Source: Reclinomonas americana ATCC 50394
Lineage: Eukaryota
Direction of reading: 5' to 3'
Assembly (NCBI GenBank): GCA_048213135.1
Contig: PS015009.1
Span: forward strand, 1,054,001 to 1,118,000
DNA: 64,000 bases
Both the position numbers and the translations under genes were made by a program. The notes under the pieces are model-generated. The model had not been told where the DNA came from. It saw nothing but the letters and a program-made list of their open reading frames with translations, and did no database searches. Position 1 is the first letter of the stretch. Each line of letters begins with the position of its first letter. Of this stretch, positions 55,763 through 64,000 are shown piece by piece.

Positions 55763-58700
55763 TTATTGCTTCTTTATTGGTTGGATTAAAATTACTTTAT
55801 TCACTTTCGAATTGTCTGGCAAATTTTTAATTTGTGATTTTATCTGGCTACCAAAACTACGATTAACACTTTTATCCAAAGCCTGGAGATTATTCAATTG
55901 ATCGTTTCCTCCTAATTGTAACTCCACAATATGATCAACATCATCTGTAGGTTTAACTTGTCCACCTGCTTTTACAAATTTACCGCGAAGATTGGCTTGG
56001 CGTGCAACAGGGTTTTTAGTCACGATAGTTTCTGCCTTTGTCAATGCTTCTGCTTTTGCTTCTGCTTGGGCGATTTGACTTGCGTCCCAAGTTGCTTTTG
56101 CGTTAATAGTCAAATTGACCCCTTGGTATTCGGCCGTTTTAAAGGGTGTTCCTGTTATCAAAGCTGCTTCCGTAGGAATTTCAGCTCCAATTAACATAGA
56201 TGCTGCTGCATGGTAAACTTCGGCAGCAGGCTTATTCATTTCCAGCAGCCCTGCATTTTGTTGAACAGACCCCTTTAACGCATGCATTTGTTCTGAAATA
56301 ACTCCTTGCTCTTTATATTCACCAGCATTAGATTTTGCTAATACTTCGGACCCATCAAGAAAGTCTTTTTTTCCTCCATATAAATTTATAGTCCAGTCCT
56401 GTAATTTTTGCGCAAACCACGACTCTAAGCCTTCTAATTCAATATGGTTCGTTACTTTGTTTTCACTAAAAGCATAAGTACTATTGTAGTTATAATCTTC
56501 TGAAAGAGGGTCAATTTCAATAAAGCGACCAATTTGCGGATCATGATTTCTCCATTTAAACTGAACCCAATCTAAATCAAGTTCATCGTCAAATCTCTGT
56601 CCTTGAAAGGTCTTTTCCTTATTCTCCATTCCTCCCGCCGCCTTACTACTTATCCCCGCCATCGTCAACCCAAACGGATAATAATGCGTCTCTTCCAGCA
56701 AAGGCCCTCTTGAATGTATGACTTCCAGGTTATCAAAGAACACATCAACGTTGCTTTCGTTGCTGCAATAAATATACACAAATCCTGTTTTTGTGACCGG
56801 TACATTTTGTAAGAAATGAGATTTCAATCCGCCCGTAGATCCGCTGTTCACCGCATCAAACCCGGCTGTTACATAGTTAAAATGGTCATCAAAAAAGATA
56901 TAATTGATCGCCGCTTTGACATTATTACTGGCGTTGGGCGGATTGTTATTGGTAAAAATACCGATCGGGGTCACTGTACCACCCGTATTGTTATTAAGAA
57001 TGGTACTGGTAGCGCCATGCTGCACCGCCGTATTGGCCCCGCCGGCTACTCCCAGGAAAGCGGCAATAATATCCGTAGCATTGAGCGGCGCATTATTCGC
57101 TTCGCTTGTAGTATAATAATAACTCTTCCCCAGTATGTTCAGCGTATCGCCTGCCATCACCCGCAGTACCATGCTCATGCCGGTCTTATTGGTACCGGAG
57201 TTCATTTTGTACATTTTCTGGCTGTTGGCATTGGGGCTGCCAAAGGTATTCGGGTTGTTGGTGCCGTTGTCGTTGGTATATGATGGTGAGGTTGTTTTAG
57301 ATTGTACATAGCCCGTGTTAAAGTCGTAGTAGGCCTGCTCCAGCTGAACAGGGCTGCCTGAGCCACTGCCCTCAAGAGTAGCGGTTGGATAATGGTCTAC
57401 CTGCCGCTCTTCGGTAAGCACCACGCGAACATTCCCCAGGTGATCTTTAAGGAAGTAGTCAAACACCGACTCATTCACCCCTGGTTTAAAACGGATCCTG
57501 CCCTCCTCATGGGAGGCAAACTGCAAAGTGTCATTCTTATATTCAAAACCGCTGATGTAGTCGGTTGTTGTAACTACGGCTCCTTCCGTTACTTTTTTCC
57601 GCAGTTTGTTTCCTGAGGCACTGTATGTGTATTCAATGGTGCCTTTCAGCCCTCCCCCGCTGTTGCTCACACGGATACGGTACGGAAGGTTCAGGTGATT
57701 GTAATAAATACTGTCGATCCGTTTATTCTTATCTGCCCTCAGGTTACCGTTGGCGTCATAGAGATAATCATCGTTACTGGTATTGACGTCGGTAAAGTCT
57801 CCCAACTGGTTGTTGGCTGATCCAATGCTGCCATCTTCCGTTACAGAAAGCAGTTTATTGCTGACGCCGCTATTCATATAAGCATAACTCATCTTATCAA
57901 TCACAGAACTGGCATTTATTTTCAGCCCTTTCTGTTTCATGAACAGGATATTGCCATTGGCATCATACCGCATACTGTCAACGGTAAAATCAATGTTGAA
58001 ATTGCTGTTGGAAGGATCCGTAGTGGCCCAGCTTGTTCCGAATCTTTGCGTAAAGGCTGCAGACAGTATCCTGTTTACATTATCATACGAATAGTCAAAT
58101 TTTCTTTTCTCCTGGTCCCCGCCCGATTTCCAGATGGAGCCGCTTATGTTACCGTTAAACTGGGGAGCAGCAAATGTAGTACTGCTTATGGATGCATTGG
58201 ATTTGTCGTACCCCAGTTCATACCCGAACCAATGCGTATTGATCGAGTCCTTTATGTATTCTTTATTAACAGAAGATATCCAGCCCCGGATATTATACTC
58301 GTGCACCAGTTTCTCTGTTACCCCCGATGCTGAATCCCCTACTATTTTATTTTTCAGCTGCCCCAGTTTGTCGTACTGGTTGGTCACGATTGTTTTTTCA
58401 GCAGTTGAAGTAGTATCACCTTTTATGATGCTCTTCATCATCTTTTTGATCTTCAGCAAACGATTGCCATGGTCATATTCCATTTTGGTATGTATCCAGT
58501 GTTCCTGGGAATTTGTACCTGCATTGGCATGTTGCTGAAGAATACGCAAAGGATTCCCAGTCCAGTCATACTGGGTAGTGGTTATATCCTTTCCCCCGGT
58601 AATATTGGTGCTTTGGCTTTGGGATACTTTGCCTTTATCATCATAAAAATTAACCGTATAGAGATACTGGCTGGCAGTTCCGAGCACTTTCGTTCTCATC

Positions 58701-60049
58701 CCGGTCGCCAATCCACGTACAGATACTGTCCCGGCTATACTTTGGGCATATTCCGGGGCCGAGGTGCTGGTATAAAAATAATTGCTGTTGGAGGTATTAC
58801 TGTTATCCAGGCTGCTGCCCAATCCTGTGCCGCTTACCCAGCCATAGGTATCGTAATAGGTTTCGGTAAGTATTTCGTAATTCGTGGTAGTATCAAGGTC
58901 ATTGGGTGCCGGATAAGTGGCAACACTTGCCGCGGCAGACTGGTGTGTTTCCCTGCTGCTGGCATTTGTCCATAAACCGGTCCTTAGCGGGCGTTGTAAA
59001 TAATCGTATTCTGTAACCTGCCATTTTCCTTTCACCATCAGGGCACTGTCCTGCATCATTACCAGCCGGTCGAGCATATCATACACCATTGATACCGGTC
59101 CAGCCCCCGGAACTTTCTTTATGGTCATCCTGTTGCGGCTGTCGTACTCATACCTGAAACAGAGTTCCGGCAACACATTCGCGTTATAAGTGAGGTTCCA
59201 GCTATTGGCGGAGATCAGCTCTACTGCCCGCGGAGGAATAACCAGGCGCAGGTTATTAAAATTGTCATACACATAGTAAGTACTGAACCATCCATAGTGG
59301 CCATCAGACACTGTAGCATTGAACTGTACCCGTTTCAGTATTACCTTCCCTTCCTTATCCTTAAACTCAATGACCCGTTTACCATGCTCATCTATCGTTA
59401 CCGTTTTGAACAATTCTCCTGCACCGTACATAACACTTGTGGTGTAGGTTCCATTGCTGTTCACCACCCAAACCCGTACAGAATCAGCAGCCGTATTAGC
59501 CAGGTATTGATTCTGGATTGAACGATGGCTACCGGGGCTACCCACCCAGCTGTCGCCAGGGGTAAATGTTTCCAGCATCCTGTTTAACGGCGAAGCCTCA
59601 AAACTGGTCTGGCCGTAATAATAATTCTCACCGGGATATTGATTTTGCGAAAATGTTTTCTGCTGCTGAAAAGCGTTGATCTTAAAATTGCCGTCATTGG
59701 TTACATCCGTTCCTGCAGCCGTAGTAATGGATTCATACGGGAGGTATTTGTATACTTCCCGGGCATAGTCATCATAAACCTGGGCCGTTACCATATCCTT
59801 TTGGTCCGGACTGATCTTCTTTATAACCGTCTGCACCGGGCGGCCAAAGCCATCCAGGTATTGTGTCGTTTGTTTTGAGTACCTCACATCTTTTGCCTTC
59901 AGGGAGTCCGCATTGCGTTCGGGCATCGTTGCATCCCAGGTACGTACATAACTAACCTTCGCTCCGCTCAGGTAAGGCGTGGGTGGCGTTACCTGCGCAA
60001 CTGAGGCCAGGCAGGCAAAAGAAAAAAGTATAGAAAGTAAGTGTTTCAT
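55763..60049 (-). CDS. DUF6443/RHS repeat-associated core protein with C-terminal HNH nuclease
   Basis: Signal peptide, YLDGFGRPVQ, YD repeats, [34 protein letters not shown]....NNLQALD..VN. Confidence 0.93.
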   Translation of the reverse strand: MKHLLSILFSFACLASVAQVTPPTPYLSGAKVSYVRTWDATMPERNADSLKAKDVRYSKQTTQYLDGFGRPVQTVIKKISPDQKDMVTAQVYDDYAREVYKYLPYESITTAAGTDVTNDGNFKINAFQQQKTFSQNQYPGENYYYGQTSFEASPLNRMLETFTPGDSWVGSPGSHRSIQNQYLANTAADSVRVWVVNSNGTYTTSVMYGAGELFKTVTIDEHGKRVIEFKDKEGKVILKRVQFNATVSDGHYGWFSTYYVYDNFNNLRLVIPPRAVELISANSWNLTYNANVLPELCFRYEYDSRNRMTIKKVPGAGPVSMVYDMLDRLVMMQDSALMVKGKWQVTEYDYLQRPLRTGLWTNASSRETHQSAAASVATYPAPNDLDTTTNYEILTETYYDTYGWVSGTGLGSSLDNSNTSNSNYFYTSTSAPEYAQSIAGTVSVRGLATGMRTKVLGTASQYLYTVNFYDDKGKVSQSQSTNITGGKDITTTQYDWTGNPLRILQQHANAGTNSQEHWIHTKMEYDHGNRLLKIKKMMKSIIKGDTTSTAEKTIVTNQYDKLGQLKNKIVGDSASGVTEKLVHEYNIRGWISSVNKEYIKDSINTHWFGYELGYDKSNASISSTTFAAPQFNGNISGSIWKSGGDQEKRKFDYSYDNVNRILSAAFTQRFGTSWATTDPSNSNFNIDFTVDSMRYDANGNILFMKQKGLKINASSVIDKMSYAYMNSGVSNKLLSVTEDGSIGSANNQLGDFTDVNTSNDDYLYDANGNLRADKNKRIDSIYYNHLNLPYRIRVSNSGGGLKGTIEYTYSASGNKLRKKVTEGAVVTTTDYISGFEYKNDTLQFASHEEGRIRFKPGVNESVFDYFLKDHLGNVRVVLTEERQVDHYPTATLEGSGSGSPVQLEQAYYDFNTGYVQSKTTSPSYTNDNGTNNPNTFGSPNANSQKMYKMNSGTNKTGMSMVLRVMAGDTLNILGKSYYYTTSEANNAPLNATDIIAAFLGVAGGANTAVQHGATSTILNNNTGGTVTPIGIFTNNNPPNASNNVKAAINYIFFDDHFNYVTAGFDAVNSGSTGGLKSHFLQNVPVTKTGFVYIYCSNESNVDVFFDNLEVIHSRGPLLEETHYYPFGLTMAGISSKAAGGMENKEKTFQGQRFDDELDLDWVQFKWRNHDPQIGRFIEIDPLSEDYNYNSTYAFSENKVTNHIELEGLESWFAQKLQDWTINLYGGKKDFLDGSEVLAKSNAGEYKEQGVISEQMHALKGSVQQNAGLLEMNKPAAEVYHAAASMLIGAEIPTEAALITGTPFKTAEYQGVNLTINAKATWDASQIAQAEAKAEALTKAETIVTKNPVARQANLRGKFVKAGGQVKPTDDVDHIVELQLGGNDQLNNLQALDKSVNRSFGSQIKSQIKNLPDNSKVNKVILIQPIKKQ

Positions 60050-60070
60050 AAAATTCGTTTTGGGTATGAT

Positions 60071-63000
60071 CTATTGGTTTTCACAAGCCTGGTCAGAAAG
60101 TTCCTCGTACAGGTCTTCGCTGAAGCTGTTGTCGGACCAGTAATAATAAAAGAAGCAGTGCCATGTGTCGGTAAAATCATCATACCAGGAGAAGCTGTAC
60201 CATTTCCGGCCCACTTCACATGCCCCGTTTATCCATTTATTGGCAGGGTTACCTTCCTCGCAGATTTGTTGAGGTGTAGGACAGTTTCCGGTAACGCCCA
60301 GGCTTATCCATTTATACTTTCCGTAGTAAACGCTGTAGGGGTTGGTGCTCCTGTACAATTCCTCTTCATAACCCGTATTCTGATTCCGCTTATCCTTCAC
60401 ACACCGCTTTATCCCTGTTGCATATGACCATTCAGGATAATCAATTCCTAAATGATATTGTACCCATCTTGTTTGGTTATAGGTGGGGCTTGAGGAGTTG
60501 TAATCTTTTTCCTCCCGTTCCAGCAGGCCGGTTTTATGACTACTAATGGTCTGCTCCCTTGATGACCCCGTTGGCAACCAGCCTGTAGCCGCAGATTGGG
60601 GACTTGCATACCGGTAGTCCACCGCTTTTATAATATTGCCGTCGTCGTCCCTTGTTGTGATCAGTCGTCCCGCATTGTCATACTGGAAAGAGGTAACCAC
60701 ATCATTGGCTGAACAAATGTTAAGCACACCCACCAGCGGCTTGTAGGTATAGGTGGTCATTTGCGCAGAATCAGGATATACCCTGAGTTCGTCGATCAAT
60801 GGTGAACCGGATCCTAAATACACTTTCGTGCCACCCCATTCCCCGGTAATAACATGCTCGTATAAAGTCCAGCCGTTCTTTGTCTTTTTCGCCGACCCGG
60901 GTATGGATACCGGGCCACCATCATACCCCATCACACTGGCCGTACCGCCTTTTACCCAGTAAGAAACTATATAATGCTTTGTACCAGAGAGGCCCAGCAT
61001 ATCAACATATCCACTCGTCAGGTCAAATACCCGGGTTCCCGTTACCGCAATCGAAGTATCAATCACATTACCGGCGATATACCAGTTCCCGCTTTCTGTA
61101 CCTGCTTCAAAACTGGTATAGGCGATCTCGTTGGGTTTTGCCCCGGTAACTTTTGCGGTCATATATGCCTTGTTGTGATCCCAGATGTAGCAGACGTCTG
61201 CTCCGCCATACTGGCTCGCCTTAACCACATTACCCTTTTCATCATAGGTTTTATATTGTATCCTCGCCTCCATGGCCGAACCGCCTTGCTGTGTCTTCAT
61301 GTACTCTTCGTAAAACCTGTTATTCCCCCAGTTTTTGTAGTCGACACGATTCCTGGTCAGGAGATCACTGTTTCGATAGGTTTCTTTTTCAATCACAGGG
61401 GCAAGAATATTACTCAGCACCATCGTATCAATGGCGTTGGAGGCAGGTGTTGTAAGGGAATATATATTTACTTTGTCCTGCGGATATTTGATCACTTCTT
61501 TCAGCGTATCTGCACTCTTACTGGTTAAGCTGGTTATCCGCGTAGGGTACAAGTGACTGTTGCCTTCGTAGAAATAATTTTTTGTTTGAGAAAGCTGGCT
61601 GTTCGAATAGTCGATCTCTTCTGTTTTAATCAATTTCTTTACGCCAAATGGCAATACAACATCAACATATTCGAAGTGGGTCAGCATATACCGATGATCG
61701 TAGGGGGCTCCTGTAGTTGTGTCAACTATATAAGCAGACAAATCCACGCCATTCATATTCGTAAGCAACTCACATAACTCACCAACCTTAACAGTTTGGG
61801 TGCCGAATGATTGATACGTGTTCCTGGTTTCTTTAATCAGTGCATTGGTATCAGCATCGAATTTGTACACTTTTTTTGTCAGGAGATTGCCTCTCGCCCA
61901 ACTTCTGTCTGTGCTGAAGTTCCAATACTTTTCTGTGTAACCCGTATTGTAAACACTATCCGGTTCAAAATCATAGGTATACTCTGTCTTTCCACTATTT
62001 GATCCAGGGAAACCGTCATATTCCGATACCCGTGCATAAAAAACCGGGGAACCGCTATAATAATTGATCGGGCTGGCAGGGTTGGCAGAAATATGAAGGT
62101 CCTGGCTGTAACAACGCCCGCCGGCACTTCCAGACGGGTAAATCACACTCAGATTCCTGTAAGTAAAATCCCTGGGAATTGTGGGAGATACCGCAATCAC
62201 TGAGTCATACGTATAGGTTTTGACAATGGGCTTCCGGTTGATGGTATCAAAAGACACGATCTTATTGACACGAAGCCCGCCGCGGTAAGGCGTACTGAAA
62301 GGGTCATTGGGAACAACATTTGGTTCATATTCAAACTCTGTATAACCGCCGGTTGGATAGTTGATCTTTTTCAGGATGCCAGCCTGAATATATAATGGGT
62401 TCACATTCCGGTCGGAAGACCTGGTAGCATATTCCCCGGTAATGGTACCGCTAACCGCGTAATAATGTTCCTGTAAAAAACTGATCACTTCGCTTTTTTC
62501 TGTCTCGGGCAGCATGGTTTTACTAACCCCTGTTGCTCCATTGGCATTGTAATAACCCCAATAGTCGGTTTGGTTATTGATCTTTTCACCTGTTGTGTAA
62601 TCGTTCAGGTGGTAAGGAGGGAGCTCTGTTTCATCATATGCAAAGGATGTGCGGTTGATCTCTGTCGCATTCTTATCCTTGTACACCAGCGTATCCAGCC
62701 GCAACCGTTTGGAATATTTTGTATCAACGGGATAATTATACAGAGAGGACTGGAAATAGGATTGGTTCAGTACCACTTCTTTGAGTACCTCCCGGTAATT
62801 ACTAATGCGGATTTTTGATAATCGCTCCGGCAACAGGTCCTGGCGGTCATTTTGATAAATGAATTTTACATACCCGTTTGTAAAGCTGATGGAATCGATC
62901 AGTTTTCGCTTATTGATAAATCCGCCTGTATTAAAGCCATACGTTACCACGGCGTTGTCTGTTCCGCAGGTAGTAGTAGCATTGGATTTAGGAACCTTGA

Positions 63001-63793
63001 TGGAATAATTGTGGCTTTCAAACGTTTCCTCGTAATCAGCAGCATTTACGTAGAAAAATTTGATGGTGTCGGTTTTGTCTGCTGAAATAACAGAGGTCAG
63101 TTGCCAGGCAGTGATATTAAAACCTGGTCCGGCCTGGTTATAGGTGCGTTCTTTTTCGGTAAACTGGTACTTATTTCCACCATCATCTAAAACCGTGAAC
63201 GTAGTGTCTGAGTTAAAGGTGATCTTTAACTGCATATCCATTGGGGTGAAGTGCAGGTTTTTATCAACGTCATAGACAAACCTGCCCGAAATACTTCCTG
63301 CATTGAATGAATAAATATCCGATTGTGTATCCCATGAGCCATTGGAAAGGTTTTCGAGATAGGTATAGTCTGTACCATTGTACCTTTTGTTGACCAGTGA
63401 TGATCGGTTGACATAAGTTGTTGTATTGGTCAGGATACCTTTTTCATCGGCCAATCCAACTATATTTCTTGATATAGAACCGCCAGCGTTCAGCACCCAT
63501 CCCAGTCCCACCGGGGTGGCTACATCGTTGAGCTTGTTCCCGGAGGCGTGATAGGACAGCGAAACCGGCAAACTTAACGAGCCAGACTTGATCTCGTACA
63601 CTGGCATACTGATATCGGGAACACCGCTACTTAAACTCACCGGCACATCGCCATATCTTCCCAATGCAGCAGCCTCGGGCGAAGGCGGTGTAAAGTTTTT
63701 AAGGCTCACAAATTCATTCTGGCCTTTGGCAATCCCGCCTGTTAATGCGAGCAGGATACCCGTTGTTACAATCATCTTTTTCATCATAAACAT
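60071..63793 (-). CDS. Secreted YD/RHS-repeat protein (partner of DUF6443 Rhs)
   Basis: Signal peptide, PPSPEAAALGRYG..PVS, GLGWVLNAGG, DYWGYYN, YPTGG, TYTYKPLVG, YDNAGRL. Confidence 0.88.
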   Translation of the reverse strand: MFMMKKMIVTTGILLALTGGIAKGQNEFVSLKNFTPPSPEAAALGRYGDVPVSLSSGVPDISMPVYEIKSGSLSLPVSLSYHASGNKLNDVATPVGLGWVLNAGGSISRNIVGLADEKGILTNTTTYVNRSSLVNKRYNGTDYTYLENLSNGSWDTQSDIYSFNAGSISGRFVYDVDKNLHFTPMDMQLKITFNSDTTFTVLDDGGNKYQFTEKERTYNQAGPGFNITAWQLTSVISADKTDTIKFFYVNAADYEETFESHNYSIKVPKSNATTTCGTDNAVVTYGFNTGGFINKRKLIDSISFTNGYVKFIYQNDRQDLLPERLSKIRISNYREVLKEVVLNQSYFQSSLYNYPVDTKYSKRLRLDTLVYKDKNATEINRTSFAYDETELPPYHLNDYTTGEKINNQTDYWGYYNANGATGVSKTMLPETEKSEVISFLQEHYYAVSGTITGEYATRSSDRNVNPLYIQAGILKKINYPTGGYTEFEYEPNVVPNDPFSTPYRGGLRVNKIVSFDTINRKPIVKTYTYDSVIAVSPTIPRDFTYRNLSVIYPSGSAGGRCYSQDLHISANPASPINYYSGSPVFYARVSEYDGFPGSNSGKTEYTYDFEPDSVYNTGYTEKYWNFSTDRSWARGNLLTKKVYKFDADTNALIKETRNTYQSFGTQTVKVGELCELLTNMNGVDLSAYIVDTTTGAPYDHRYMLTHFEYVDVVLPFGVKKLIKTEEIDYSNSQLSQTKNYFYEGNSHLYPTRITSLTSKSADTLKEVIKYPQDKVNIYSLTTPASNAIDTMVLSNILAPVIEKETYRNSDLLTRNRVDYKNWGNNRFYEEYMKTQQGGSAMEARIQYKTYDEKGNVVKASQYGGADVCYIWDHNKAYMTAKVTGAKPNEIAYTSFEAGTESGNWYIAGNVIDTSIAVTGTRVFDLTSGYVDMLGLSGTKHYIVSYWVKGGTASVMGYDGGPVSIPGSAKKTKNGWTLYEHVITGEWGGTKVYLGSGSPLIDELRVYPDSAQMTTYTYKPLVGVLNICSANDVVTSFQYDNAGRLITTRDDDGNIIKAVDYRYASPQSAATGWLPTGSSREQTISSHKTGLLEREEKDYNSSSPTYNQTRWVQYHLGIDYPEWSYATGIKRCVKDKRNQNTGYEEELYRSTNPYSVYYGKYKWISLGVTGNCPTPQQICEEGNPANKWINGACEVGRKWYSFSWYDDFTDTWHCFFYYYWSDNSFSEDLYEELSDQACENQ

Positions 63794-63820
63794 CAGTTGA
63801 TAAATACGGAATATGGTCAG

Positions 63821-64000
63821 TTATAATTGTTCTACCAGGTTGCGGATGGTGGCGCTTACAGGGCTTATACGACCTTCAAATACAGCCACCAGCTTACCCT
63901 GTTTGTTGATGAGGAATTTCTGGAATGTTTTTCTGACCGTACTATTGGTCATTGTATTCAATGATTTTTGTGTAAGCCATTTATACAGATCACAGGCAGA
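63821..64000 (-). CDS. Glutathione peroxidase-like protein, C-terminal part (runs off window)
   Basis: LYKWLTQK..N...STVRKTFQKFLINKQGKLVAVF..RISP. Confidence 0.65.
   Translation of the reverse strand, partial: SACDLYKWLTQKSLNTMTNSTVRKTFQKFLINKQGKLVAVFEGRISPVSATIRNLVEQL

Overview
Bacteroidota chromosome segment (Chitinophagaceae-like gene set, TAnnTTTG promoters) with one N-gap (4897-5324). 1-36.1 kb is mostly housekeeping: uvrB (5' truncated), ParA-like ATPase, polA, an outer-membrane protein/ECF sigma/anti-sigma/Spy-like operon, M3 peptidase, Fur/SCO/MerC, GH25, lytic transglycosylase, radical SAM/SPASM, TatD, tcdA, a KdnA-like aminotransferase and rpoN, with several REP-like repeats. 36.3-44.2 kb holds accessory secreted proteins. 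44.4-63.8 kb is a polymorphic toxin locus: a YD-repeat gene and a signal-peptide DUF6443/Rhs gene with an HNH tip and Tdi1-like immunity, then an AT-rich array of orphan Rhs tips (deaminase, CdiA EC869-like DNase, PD-(D/E)xK, colicin E3-like RNase, a decayed nuclease-like tip) and immunity genes. Main result: the array is punctuated and bracketed by a covarying hairpin repeat (AGAATTAAAC-arm-TCTTGCAGAA-arm-AGAG) located at Rhs breakpoints. One copy carries a 255-bp IS110 mini-element with an apparently intact bridge RNA, whose target guides spell this repeat (AACACTT-GC-GCCAG) and whose donor guide matches its own left end. All family calls are from motif recognition by eye; no database searches were run.
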